Source of the DNA: Octopus bimaculoides
Taxonomy: Eukaryota
Assembly (NCBI RefSeq): GCF_001194135.2
Contig: NC_068985.1
Location: 39,167,384-39,231,167, forward strand
Length of the DNA: 63,784 bases
Direction: 5' to 3'
Part shown: piece by piece, positions 35,903-48,499 of the stretch
Numbering within the stretch: position 1 is the stretch's first letter
Layout of the letters: each line of letters starts with the position of its first letter
The notes under the pieces: model-generated
Seen by the model: the letters and a program-made list of their open reading frames with translations, nothing else
The model's database searches: none
What the model was told of the DNA's origin: nothing
Translations under genes and position numbers: made by a program

Positions 35903-37399
35903 CTTTTTGCTTTTATATTTCTGCTGCTTTTAAATAAAGTATATGTATATATAACTGGAACACAATGGAACAAAAACGCAATAGAGGACAATAAAAAATC
36001 CGGACAGATTGACGATACAAAGCGGACAGGAAAATCAACAATTAGAGGGGAGGAACAGCAAAAAAAGCACAGGTCATTTGTGGCTTTATTTCGTCAGTCA
36101 AGTTACCAGATGTCCCTACAGTTTCGGGCAGTATACAGACTTTTCCTCTCGTTACTTTGGTCTCCTTGGCTATAAAGTTTCTTTTATTTATTTCAGTCTT
36201 CATTAGACTGTAGAGTTGAATGGAAGAAACATAATTATGAAACTCCACAGTGAAGTCCAAAATAAACTCACTTAGAGAAATTAAATAAATATCATCAGCT
36301 AACCTTTTGCCCGCAGCATTCTAAGAAAAATAGCCCATTCCCTCACCTTCACCTTTTGAAAAACGACAGCTTGGTTAATCAACATTTCTTCAATCTTAAA
36401 AGACAGCAGCAAGTGTTATTCTAATTGCAGCCGAAAGCAATTTGAATCTTGCATTTAATTAGAATAGCTGAAAGATGTGGAAATGTAATCGTCAAGTCCT
36501 TGATAAATTCTTCTGAAACAAAAGGATGAACTTAGCTTGTCAATATAATTCGACCTTCAGTTGAGAAATTAATGCATTCCTCGTCAAGCGTAAATTATTG
36601 TAAATTGTGTTTTTCTGTTAATTTCTCTTAAAAGTGCAGTGTACCAACGCTTACATATATGCATTATTATTTTTTTTATTTGCGAGATCCATTTAAAACT
36701 TTTTCACCGGTAAATAATGATCTACATTCAAAAATCTAGGCTAAATCATCGAAAACGCGGCAGCATCAACTAGCTAGTCATGTATTGATGTATGTATTTT
36801 ATGCATTTTAGCCTGAAGGTTGTGGCCACGCCATATGAATGTATGTATGTATGTATGTATGTATGTATGTATGTATGTATGTATGTATGTATGTATGTTT
36901 TATATTTGTATTCTCATGCATATAGTGGGATATCTAGACATGCTCATGTATCTATGTATATGTCATTGTTCATTTTCATTTCAAGATTTCTTGCCGATAG
37001 AGAGAGAACCGGTTTCTAACCTAGACTCAAGGTTCCTTGAAATTTCAACATCAGCAACAGGATATTTGCTTCTGTATGTATGTAAGTATGTATGTATATG
37101 TGCAAATTTATTTTGTTTTATGCATGTATTCTCATGCATGTAGTAGCATATCTAGACATGCTCATATATATTTAAATGGTAAACTTCTGGAAAGGTTTCC
37201 AAATTTTTACAGTTCCAGTGATGGATTGGATCTGTAGTTTTCGGATTACCTTTCTCCTTTCGGGTTTTGAGAAGTCTAATTTCTCAAGATTGATATTTAG
37301 GCAGTGTGCTATATATCTTTGGGCCCCAATAACTACAGGTATAAACAAGAAACATAGATAATGGAACTCTTTTATAAATAATAGTATTTAATAATATTA

Positions 37400-37790
37400 A
37401 GAAAAGTTTTTACCTACTGACTGATTGGAATATCTTATTGATCGATTTTTTCCACTCATTATATTGCCTACCTGAGATCTTAAGATATTTGTTTCCAGCA
37501 AGCAGAATACTCCCCTGACATACTCTCCCTCGCCCATAATGTTCATAGTCATAATTAGTTTCACTGCACTGTATCTATATCTGTATGTATTCATAATCTC
37601 AAGGACTTGCTTACAGCGAACTCGTTTCACAGGGGATGTCTGATGTGACCAAAATATGTTTGTTACTTTCATCATTTGTCTTTAGATGCAAGATCCTTTC
37701 CTATCTGCATCGTATATATTGTCCAAAAATAACATCCAATTGATTTTGTTTCAGTTATCTTACCTGGTAGTTGTTATAAGATCTTATGCC
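37400..37790 (-). mobile_element. Possible RLE-type LINE 3' remnant
   Basis: Weak ordered matches across frameshifts (LPGKITET..FW; DL..KDK; EF..SK; IMG) to the ILWD..PDIVIKDK..EKLSKY..IIGALG region. Confidence 0.3.
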
Positions 37791-39734
37791 CACCTCGTGA
37801 GTATTTCTGTCTACTGACTTCTTGTCAGTTGAACAATTTGTTTTCCACACGCTACGTTAAATGTATAAAATCCCATGGCCTATTTATTATATGATGTCTA
37901 ATCAGAGCTGACATAGGTATAAATAACAACAACATTAAGTATAATAATGAATGTCTTTTTTAATCACTATCCGTCAAAGAAACAATCCTTCCTCGCTGCA
38001 TTCGGTTTAGTATATTTTATTCCTCTATATTTAAGAGGGTAAAGTAAAATTTGACGAAGAATCGTCCGCTACTCTTTTCAAGTCGAATGATCGCGTAGAG
38101 ACTACCTCTTTGGCTCATGTTTGTTTTTGGTGCGAAACTAGAAGTGTTGTTCGGCTGAAGGGCGTATAGAAGCTATGCACCTAAAAGATCGTGAAGCAGA
38201 GCGGACGGCAAAGCAGAAATAAAATTCCTGTTCTTACTGAACATCTGAACTACACACATTCTGTAGTTCTAAGTTGAATCTTATTATTCACTTCGCATTC
38301 TGTCAATTCTTTTACGCTCATAACATTTTACAGTGTTTTATTCTTATATAGGATCTTGTTATGCACTTTCTTCACCGACATTATTGATCTTTACTGCAGT
38401 TCACAGATTATCATCATCATTGCCATATCAAACATTTACTATTTCACTAGATGCAAGTACCAGCCTGAAATCACTCTTGGATTAGTGTATGTTTGATAAA
38501 CTAATGAAAACGAAGGCGACTACGAATTGATATTTTCAGAGCGTAATGGGCAAGATAATGTTATGCTGATCTACCGTTTCTGAAGACATTCAACTGTTAA
38601 GGTAACATACAACTTAAAATAATAATAAACTAAATTAACTGTCTCGGTTAATGAATAGAGATGTACTATATCAACTTTTCATTAATTTTATAAATTGGCA
38701 TCAACATATTACACTAAATTTCCATGAAATATTTTCCAATTCGGTACAATATCGATTTGTTTTGAAATTCTCATAAAATTTTAATTAGTAGTTATGTCTT
38801 AAAGACAATTAATTTTGTATCAAGTTTTGTGGATATATCTAATTATATGTTTAATGTATGTGTTTTCTGAAGTTGTTAATGATGCTATTTGAAATTATTC
38901 ATATCTATGATAGTTTTTTATGTTATGCTGTCTCAGTTGAATAAGAAGTGATGAGTTGTGGTCATACAGTACACTCCTAACCAGACAATATTTCGATAAT
39001 TCTTATTCGGCTTATATTTATGTTGAATTTATAGCCAAGAAACTTAACTGGTAATTGCTAGTGATTGATACAACATTTAATGCTATGAACGTTAAGAAGA
39101 AAATGAGCTACAAAATGAAAACATGGTATAAAAAACCGTAAGATAACAACACATATTATTCACATTATTTTAGGGGGTGGTAAAGTTGACAACTCGAGAT
39201 ATGTTTCGGTATTATTCTGATCTCATCAGCGAAGAATATATTTTATTTATATTTTCAGAAGTGACTGAATAGTTATTAAATAAATTTGATTGTACATCGG
39301 TTGCTTTGTAAATACATAATTCAGTGACACCATCTCATGAAAAGTAAGAATTAAATTAATGTTTATATATTTAGTACATGGAGAATGAAAAGCTTAAATA
39401 AACTTATGAGTTGAGGAAAAGGGAATATTAATCAAGAATTATTAATATATAGCAATGACCTGCTACTTTAGTAAAGAGGATGGTTTCTTCGAAGTTTAGT
39501 GACAAGTGTCCTCCAATCTCAAGAAATTTTTGTTCTAGTTATCACAAAAAGCAGGATGTCACCTTAATGCAGGCCGTCAATGTATGTTTCATTTCTTCAG
39601 TCTCTGAGGTAACATTTCGAGTGCTGCGCGAAGAGTACTAACTACCACTGCAACACCTATTATCCATGTCATCCAAAATCACTTAATCTCTTTGGCTAGG
39701 TCCTGACATTTCTGAGTTTTCTCTCTTTCTTGAG

Positions 39735-39926
39735 CAGGCAGAATCGCTAGCATGCCCAATGGCATTTCATCCGGTTTTCAGTTCTGAGTTCAAATTCCGC
39801 CGACGCTGACTTTCCTTTTCGTGTAATTGAGATCGATAAAATAAGTACCAGTCTGATACAAGAGTCGATATAATCGACTTGACCACTTCCGCAAAACTTT
39901 GGGACTTATGCCTACAGTAGAAAGAA
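39735..39926 (+). mobile_element. SINE family A with (ATT)n tail
   Basis: GGCAGAATCGCTAGC...GTTCTGAGTTCAAATTCCGCCG...GATCGATAAAATAAGTACCAG...AGTAGAAAGAATC then (ATT)n. Confidence 0.88.
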
Positions 39927-40082
<156 letters not shown>

Positions 40083-40260
40083 TTCAGTGAGAGGGCAGTG
40101 CATGCCATAAAAGTGACACTGGGGTATAATATACGAAGCCCAGTATACCCATCATGACTACCCGTCTGATAAGGATACACCAGGCACATGCATCACAACC
40201 ATATGAGCGCGACATCTCATATCAAGATAAATAGCGCATCCTGCACAAACGGACGCTAAA
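40083..40260 (-). mobile_element. Probable 3' end of a retroelement ending in (ACT)n(AAT)n
   Basis: Minus strand TCAGACGGGTAGTCATGATGGG...GGCATGCACTGCCCTCTCACTGAAT runs directly into the microsatellite. GC-richer than the flanks; single copy in the window, so the assignment is inferred. Confidence 0.45.
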
Positions 40261-40315
40261 TAAGATTTGTTTAAAAACGACGAACAAAAATTTGATATAT
40301 TATTGCAATAACGAA

Positions 40316-40512
40316 GGCGACGATCTGGCAGAATCGTGAGCGCGCCAGGCAAAATGTCTAGCGGTATTTCGTTCGCCTTTACGTTCTGAGTTCAAATTCC
40401 GTCGAGGTCGACTCTGCCGTTCATCCGTTCGGGGTCTATAAAATAAGGGCACTGGGATCAATGTAATCGACTTACCCGCTTCCTAACATGCTGGCCTTGC
40501 GCCACATATTTC
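40316..40512 (+). mobile_element. SINE family A
   Basis: GGCGACGATCTGGCAGAATCGTGAGC...ACGTTCTGAGTTCAAATTCCGTCGAGGTCGACTCTGCC. Confidence 0.9.
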
Positions 40513-41687
40513 TACAAAAATCTCAGATTAAGTAGTTTCTATAATTATTAGTTATCTAACCATGGAAATTATATAGGGTCTATCTACACTGAAAAATATA
40601 GCAAAAAACGAAATTTTCAATTTAGTTCCTAGATTTAATAAGAGTTTCGAGAAGTTAGTTGTATATGAATGTTTTAGTATGGATATCACTGTCGTTCTTT
40701 CAAAACGAAAATGGCATCGCATTATAGTTCTGCGAGAAATTTAATACACTGTCACTACAACGATGCGAAATCACTACAAAACTACTATAGTACTTCAGTT
40801 TCCATTGTGCCACGTTGAGAACACTTAATTAACATCAACCATTACCTGAGTATTCCACGTTGTCAATTATTCACGAACCGAAATACAAAGAACTGCGACT
40901 TTCTTCTGAGGATTCTTCATAAATTTAATTAAATAGACGCGCACTAACATGTGTGTATATTTAGCACATTGAAGCAAATTGATTCATCAGTAAGATGCTG
41001 GTGATCTATAGTGTCAGTATCTGATGCTGAAGAACATCCCTAAAGGGCAAATACTACTGCTCTATTAAGATCAATGAGTCTTCATTAGACCACCTATGGA
41101 TTAAAATCGATATTCTGCTTTCTAAATCCAAAACTAATGCGTTTCTCTGCCTTCAAGAATTATACATCAAACGTCTATTGTGAATTTGACAAGTGGTTTT
41201 GGATAGGAATGGTAACAAAATCATTAACAATTTCGTGTTGCATTCTCAGAAATATAAACTATTTTAGATTCCTGTGTGCACTCTATGTAGCGTTGACAGC
41301 CCATGAGTAACAGAAAATATAAGTTGCAATAAAATAGTGATGACGAAAGGCAAAATAATATACAGCAGAGTCCTTTGCAATGAAATAGCAACAATCTCTT
41401 GGCAGCATTTGTGGGGATATACTTTTGAATCGACGGGCAATTACCAGGTAATTTGCAGATTTTCTTTCCTTGTGCATACAAATTACATTCGGTGGTGGAG
41501 ATATCTGATCGCCGAAACATACGCGAAGACGCATCATTCACACACTTTCACGCATGTATACACATAGAGAAAGAGATATAGACACACATATTTGTTTCTA
41601 TATTCGATAAATATTTCATTTAAATACACCAGTACTTGCCAGTACTAATATATACATGAAATTCTGTGTCTACAATGCATACACAGG

Positions 41688-41742
<55 letters not shown>

Positions 41743-41799
41743 ATATAGTGAAGGAGAGAAAAGAGAGAGAGATACAGAGAGATTATAGATAACATATAT

Positions 41800-42030
41800 T
41801 CTTTTATTCTTTATTCTTTATTCTTTTACTTGTTTTAGATTTTGACAATGGCCATGCTGGAGCACCACCTTCAGTCGAATTAATCGACCCCATGAGTTAT
41901 TCTTTGTAAACCTAGTTCTTATTCTATCGGTCTAATTTGTAGAACTGCTAAGCGTTGGGGAGGTAAACGCACTAACATCGATTGTCAAGTGATGAGGAAG
42001 GAACAAAGACAGACACACAAATACATACCT
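41800..42030 (-). mobile_element. SINE family B, 3' half (runs into gap)
   Basis: (TTCTTTTA)n tail then TTGTTTTAGATTTTGACAATGGCCATGCTGGAGCACC...TTATTCTATCGG...GTTGTCAAG-like block. Confidence 0.88.
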
Positions 42031-42529
42031 ANNNNNNNNNNNNNNNNNNNNNNNNNNNNNNNNNNNNNNNNNNNNNNNNNNNNNNNNNNNNNNNNNNNNN
42101 NNNNNNNNNNNNNNNNNNNNNNNNNNNNNNNNNNNNNNNNNNNNNNNNNNNNNNNNNNNNNNNNNNNNNNNNNNNNNNNNNNNNNNNNNNNNNNNNNNNN
42201 NNNNNNNNNNNNNNNNNNNNNNNNNNNNNNNNNNNNNNNNNNNNNNNNNNNNNNNNNNNNNNNNNNNNNNNNNNNNNNNNNNNNNNNNNNNNNNNNNNNN
42301 NNNNNNNNNNNNNNNNNNNNNNNNNNNNNNNNNNNNNNNNNNNNNNNNNNNNNNNNNNNNNNNNNNNNNNNNNNNNNNNNNNNNNNNNNNNNNNNNNNNN
42401 NNNNNNNNNNNNNNNNNNNNNNNNNNNNNNNNNNNNNNNNNNNNNNNNNNNNNNNNNNNNNNNNNNNNTATATATATATATACACATATATATATATATA
42501 TATATATGAGTGTATGTCTATCTGTCTGT

Positions 42530-42750
42530 CTTTGTGTCTGTCTCTATCCATCGCCACAGTTTGACAACCGCTGTTGGTGAGATTACGTCACATAACTTAG
42601 ACATTCTGCAAAAGAAAAGGATAGAATAAGCGGCAAGTTTTAAAAGAATAAGTACTGGAGTTGACTCATTCGCCTAAAAGGTTTCTTCTAGGTGCTGCTC
42701 CAGCATAGCCGCAATCTGATGACTGGAGTAAGTAAAAGATAAAAGATATG
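42530..42750 (+). mobile_element. SINE family B, 3' half (opposite orientation)
   Basis: TTGACAACCGCTGTTGGTG...GATAGAATAAG...GCTCCAGCATAGCCGCAATCTGATGACTGGAGTAAGTAAAAGATAAAAG. Confidence 0.82.
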
Positions 42751-44259
42751 GGAAAGACAGACAGACAGACAGACAGATCGAGATAATCTTCCCGGATAAC
42801 ATATAAAGTCGTTTCGTACCCGCAATACATAAATACATCTCTTCAAAAGAAATTTCAAAACTGACATAAGAGTTAATTAGTTTTTTCCATTAAACATTCA
42901 TTCGTAGTATAATCTAGCATACAGAATTGCATGCTAAACTTCGTCAATTAATAACGTCATGTTTCATTTCATTAATCGATACCTTTTTCCTTGTTAGATT
43001 CTTCTTCTCACTTTTTCCTCCTTCATTTTATATACTCTCTAAATAGATGATAACGCGTTCAGTAGAAATATCAATATTGCCATACTGATTCGTGAATAAT
43101 TTCGCTATAAAATACTACGAATCATTATATACTACTCGATAAAGGACTTTAGCCGCTTGTATGTCTATCAAAATTCCATTATTACGTGAATATTTTTATA
43201 TCATTCCATATAGTTTGTTATTTATAATAATACAGCACAAAATAAATATGTATAAAGTAAATCTTATTCGTTCTTATTTTATGCCCTTTTTTTTCTTATT
43301 TAATTACCCATATTCTCTTAAATTTATTTACATTGCCGCTAAATTGGCATAATATTGCTGAAAATATATTATATTTAGTTTTATTCGCCTGATTTGCACA
43401 CGTCTTCCTATACGTTTTATTCATAACATATTTGATGATATAGTCTTACATCTTTATGGTAAAGTGAACCAATACTGATTTGTTTCGTGTAGGCGTCTAT
43501 TTTTCATTTGTCAATAACTGTGTTTATAATTTCTTTTGGTGTTTTGCATATCAATTTCATGTACAATTTAATTTCATAATTCTAGATGCTAATTTTAATT
43601 CTGCATATATCTTTGAATGTCAGCTTCCGCCACATACACTCTGTCTACCATAAATAGTAACCTTGCCAAGTACAGTGTCAGACAAACCACAATATTGGAA
43701 GCTGATTGGATCATAATACCATTCTAATACACACTCACTTAGGAGCAGAAACAGTAAATTCCAACGAGCCCAGACAAATTTACAATGCGGTCTCCTTTCA
43801 CAATATCTTGCACAGTACAGTATTAATAGACCTGTATTATTCATAATAATGTGCAGCAACCTATACTTCATTTAATTATTTAATTATTTAAGTAAATTTA
43901 ATATTATTTTATTTAGAGGTGACAATTCCTGGTTCGAAAAACTACGTCATCCGAAAGTTTTCGGAAACAATGGTTCCAGAAAATCGACCCGTATTATTAT
44001 AACTGTGTTGACTTTTATTACTACATTACCAATAAACAGTTCTAAGACATTAGGATCAGATATTTTGTGGCAGAGGATAGTCTGTTATACTTGAAAACTA
44101 CTTCTTTCATCGAGCCCGGAAGATTAAAAGTTAAAGTCAAATCCGGCATGATTCGCAAACAGAAAGTAAAGCAACGCTGTTAAAATACTGCAAGACTATT
44201 TGGTCATCACTTGAGCAATTTTATCGATTTTCCGCCTCAGAATTTTATAAAATAATAGC

Positions 44260-44460
44260 TTTCTAATTTCGGCAGTATATCAACAATTTTGAGGGAAGCG
44301 GGTTATTGCCTCCAATACTCCAGAGGTACTTTATTTCATCGGTCTCAGAAGAGCGAAACGCAAATGAATTACGTAAATTACAACTCAGAAAGTAACTGAC
44401 AGAAAATATAATGAACAGAATTTTGCCCGACCTTAAACGATTATGCCATTTTGCCGTCTT
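44260..44460 (-). mobile_element. SINE family A, old copy (further scraps at about 44040-44190 and 44600-44760)
   Basis: GGTACTTTATTTCATCGG...ACAACTCAGAAAGTA...TTTTGCCCGACCTTAAACGATTATGCCATTTTGCCGTCTT. Confidence 0.6.
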
Positions 44461-45230
44461 CAGAGTTATATGCATACTGGTTGCTTCCTGTATATACACA
44501 GGGATCGAATTTTTGACATATGGGTTAGTTAGCTGAATTGAGCCATCACTTGAGTGGCCCCTGTAGGGGTGTAAGTCTAACATGAGTTCAGAGTAATTTG
44601 TAGTTAAGATATCGAAAGCCGAAACAAATACCGCGAGGTGCTGGATTATAGTCGATTATATTGATCTACGATCAAAGATTGGTAAATACTTTATTGTCCC
44701 CCAGAAGGAGGAATTGTTAAGTAGACCTGAAGAGTATTTGAACGCTGTAGCTATAAAGGCACAAATAATTAGAGATTGTCATTTTCTCCATAGTTGTAAT
44801 AAATAAACCATTAGAGTTTATTAAGAACGTATCTTAAAAGTTTTTATCCGCGTCGTTATCATTGTTTCTTGTCAGTTGAGATGAACTGGAAGAAAATAGC
44901 AATTATACAATAGTTAATTTGTTTGGCCTAATGTAATATTGTTCCATGAAATTGAATTATTAAATATGGTTTCCTCATAAATAAGAACTATTACAAAAGA
45001 ATAAGAACAGAAAGAGAGAGAGATGAAATAGTGTCGTGGTGATGTGATAATAAAGAGGAGAAATAGAATATGAAAGGAACAGAAAGGTAAAGAATGACGA
45101 AAGAGAGGAATACGAGGAGGTGGATGTAAGAAGAACAAGAGGAAATGATCTAAGAGAAAAGCGAAAAGGAAAATAGGAACAAAGATGGCAATGGAATTGA
45201 AATTATATATTTACTTTCCAATAATACAAT

Positions 45231-45426
45231 ATGGCGGAAACGTTAGCTCGCCGGGCGAATTGTCGTCTGTTTTTACGTTCTGAGTTCAAATTCCGCCGAG
45301 GTCGATCTTGCCATTCAGCCTTTCGGAGTGGATAAATTAAGTACCAGTTACGTACTGCGGTCAATCTAATCGACTGGCCCCGCCTCCCCAAACATTTTGG
45401 GCCTTGTGCCCAGAATAGAAATGAAT
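45231..45426 (+). mobile_element. SINE family A
   Basis: TGGCGGAAACGTTAGC...TACGTTCTGAGTTCAAATTCCGCCGAGGTCGA...GGATAAATTAAGTACCAG...GGGCCTTGTGCCCAGAATAGAAA. Confidence 0.9.
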
Positions 45427-46385
45427 AATACAGAATACTTGCGTATCTTTTATTGGTTGCAGTGAACTGGTCGAAGGACAAGCTGGGGCAATGCATATAA
45501 GTTTTGTTTTTTTGACATGGCTATACACAAAACTATGATAAGTTGGCCACTCTTGAAAAATGTACTCCTATTACATAAAAAAGACATTTCTATCGATTTC
45601 TATATACCAGTTGGTTTACTAACGTTTGCATTGGGTTATGATTAGTGTTACCTTTCTGTAATGAGGTTTACATTGTTATATAGACATATGCAAGCAGACA
45701 CGCAAACATGCATAAATACATGCATACGCAAATATGTATACATACATATATGTGGAGAGTGATGTATGTATATACATATATATATATATATATATATNNN
45801 NNNNNNNNNNNNNNNNNNNNNNNNNNNNNNNNNNNNNNNNNNNNNNNNNNNNNNNNNNNNNNNNNNNNNNNNNNNNNNNNNNNNNNNNNNNNNNNNNNNN
45901 NNNNNNNNNNNNNNNNNNNNNNNNNNNNNNNNNNNNNNNNNNNNNNNNNNNNNNNNNNNNNNNNNNNNNNNNNNNNNNNNNNNNNNNNNNNNNNNNNNNN
46001 NNNNNNNNNNNNNNAGGCAGGCAGGCAGACAGGCAGGCAGGCAGGCAGGCAGGCAGACAGACTATCATTGCAAAAACGCAGAGAATTAAAAGAGAGAAGG
46101 TATGGTGTTCGAGGTTGGACAACTGTTTCTGAGACATGGAATTACTTCATAACATTGCCAGATGTAGTTCACAAATATATGGAACCAGTAATGGAAGCAT
46201 ATACACATTGTGTAGACCTGGCTTCCGTCTTCAAGGTGGTGAGATAAAAATCTAACGTTAGATAAATATCTAAAGTACATATATTGATAAGATCATTCAA
46301 CCCGCATCAGATGTGTTGCTTGTATGTGAATGTATATATGGTATGCATATATTGCATGTATGTGTATGTATATTGTATGTATATC

Positions 46386-46426
<41 letters not shown>

Positions 46427-46654
46427 GCAAAATATGAGAGTTTAGTTCATATGTGATCTAAATGATTAGGTACTTTAGGTAAGTTCTGTGACGGATTACT
46501 AGGTCTCCAATGTTATAACCGAGACGGTAATTATGGAGCCATTGTAGATTTCCGATATAGCAGATATATAATTGTTAAAGAGGACAACAAACGTTAAGGC
46601 AAGGAAAACATCTCAAGTCATATACATTATTATTATTATTGGAATATAAATTCA

Positions 46655-46710
46655 GTCTTACAGCTGTTTCTGGGATATCCCAGAGTATGGGATATTCCGT
46701 CATCGGAGAC
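46655..46710 (-). ncRNA. Well-formed minimal type I hammerhead-like motif (CCGAUGA core)
   Basis: GUCU-CCGAUGA-CGGAAUAUCCCA-UACUC-UGGGAUAUCCCA-GAAAC-AGCU-GUA-AGAC. Stem I GUCU/AGAC, stem II 10 of 12 positions paired, palindromic stem III ACAGCUGU, GUA site. Confidence 0.7.
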
Positions 46711-46829
46711 AAATAGGGGAAATGAAAAGGGTATAGACTAATGAAATGACGACACAGAGGACAGGAGTAAAGGAATAAGGAGATGAAGAAAGATACGCAC
46801 ACGCACAGAGAGGCATGATAGGAGGCTCA

Positions 46830-46971
46830 GCATTCCAAGTTCTTTTAGAAAAACTGAAGGACTGCTGTAATAAGTGTGTGAATCTGAGAGAGGAATATGT
46901 TGAATAAAGTCATAATTAACTAATGTATTTTCTTTTACTCAAAGCCAGGAACTTTTAAGCACGCCCTCGTA
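46830..46971 (+). mobile_element. Mariner-family transposon 3' end (transposase C-terminus plus TIR)
   Basis: LEKLKDCCNKCVNLREEYVE* matches the mariner C-terminal W.KC....G.Y.E motif. It is followed by CCAGGAACTTTTAAGCACGCCCTCGTA (TIR ending in TA). No left TIR seen. Confidence 0.75.
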
Positions 46972-47278
46972 AATGCCAAGAAATTAAATTCATTCGGTGG
47001 GATTTAATTTAATATTCAATTAGAAGTACTAAATTTATATTGATTGTTGTTGTTTAACTTCAGGTTAGTTATGATCTAACAGCTTGTTCATTCAATGTAT
47101 CTATTGTGGCCTTAATTAACACATACCTACATATGTATATATAACTAGTGTTGGTCTCTTTACGTTTCTTCTCTCTCTCTCCCTGTCTCTCCTTCCCTCT
47201 TTTAGTCTCTTCCTTTCTCTCCCTCTTTCTTCCTCCTTCTCTCTCTTCTCGTTCTCTCTCCCTCTTTCTCTCCCTCTC

Positions 47279-47312
<34 letters not shown>

Positions 47313-48157
47313 AACTTAGCGATTCACTAAAAATAATCCTGTAGCATAAGCAGCAAATTTAAGATTAGTACTGAGGTTGATTTGTTTTAGTTAATCATTC
47401 AAGGAGGTGTACCAGCATGGCTTCAATCGAATTACAAAAGAAGATTAAAGACTAAAATAGTTAAAAAGAGTATATAGGCTTGTATGTATGTACGTAGGGT
47501 ATGTATGTATGTATTATGCATGCATGTATGTATGTATGTATGTATGTATGTATGTATGTATTTATTTTGGAGACGTACTTCCATGGTAAGAGATTTTATC
47601 TCAAACTATGTGTTGAAGCAAAAATGGTTTTGGTGTTGAATTTAGATATTAAGTCATTCAAAAACCCACAAGTCTGAAAAAAATAACCTTACTCTCTACT
47701 AGAAACGTATTAGTAACTAGGTCGAAATTACTGTGGAAGCATTGACACCACATAATAAATATTTAAGAGAAGTTTACAGACTGCTTGTTTTTGAATCTCT
47801 AATATTTGTCTTCGACACAGTAATTGGTTTATATACATGCACACAAACATATCATAAAACAAGGATCAAACATAATTCCCAGACAATAGGATCATACAGC
47901 CGGATTCCTGAATTCCATGGCGTATACGTAACCCCGATCTGTTACGAGATTACAAACATTTGCCTGCTGAGAGGACTCGATCAACGTCAAATGAAGTTGG
48001 CCTCAAATTCATATGTACAACACGCTAACCAGGAAGTTACATGTTTGCGTAGTTTTAGTGTTTAGCGTGCTATGTATTTTCGTGCGTGAGTGTGCGTGCG
48101 TGCGTGCGTGCGTGCGTGTGTGTATGTTCGTGTGTGTGTGTGTGTGTGTGTTTGTGT

Positions 48158-48193
<36 letters not shown>

Positions 48194-48431
48194 TCTAAGT
48201 TAAAATTCTTGGAAGACAACAATTCAATAAATAAACGAAACATAGTATGACTGATATTATTTTTTTCTTATTCAATAACGGCTGTTATTGAATCAACTAT
48301 TTTCTCGGGAACAGCTATTCAACTTGCTCAGAAAATGCTGTCGCATATATATATATATATGTGTATATATGGGTGAGGGGTAAGTGTGTATGCATATGTA
48401 AGTATGATATATATAGAGATTTATATACGGA

Positions 48432-48499
<68 letters not shown>

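Larger units (their letters stand above)
35779..35939. repeat. Inverted repeat (about 73-bp arms), each arm carrying a hammerhead-like motif
   Basis: Left arm CTTTATTTAAAAGCAGCAGAAATATAA...GCTGTTACTCAGAGTTT...GTTCATCGGACAGT is the reverse complement, with some mismatches, of 35864-35939. Confidence 0.92.

Noticed and set aside
36105-36175. Minus-strand GAAAC-U-GUA-GGGAC hammerhead-like end
   Set aside because: The upstream core reads GUAACGA and stem I does not form; too decayed to support.
37764-37851. 88-nt minus-strand open segment with strong CAG|GTAAGA donor (VWKTNCSTDKK...NNYQ)
   Set aside because: Unrecognised peptide, modest acceptor, and it adjoins or overlaps a probable LINE remnant; RNA-seq would be needed to revive it.
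38540-38601. 62-nt segment with good acceptor and donor
   Set aside because: All three frames contain stops; at most a non-coding exon, with no support.
41406-41447. 42-nt plus segment HLWGYTFESTGNYQ with GTAATT donor
   Set aside because: The resemblance to the Kir LWGHRF motif is too short, and the acceptor is weak.
43620-43871. WYYDP motif suggesting a Kunitz domain
   Set aside because: The Cys spacing and the F.YGGC..N motif are absent.
46130-46240. CRPGFRLQG suggesting a sushi or EGF exon
   Set aside because: Only two Cys with the wrong spacing, and a weak acceptor.
47733-48065. 110-aa ORF with GLYTC (Ig-like motif)
   Set aside because: The remaining Ig pattern (first Cys, Trp) is absent.
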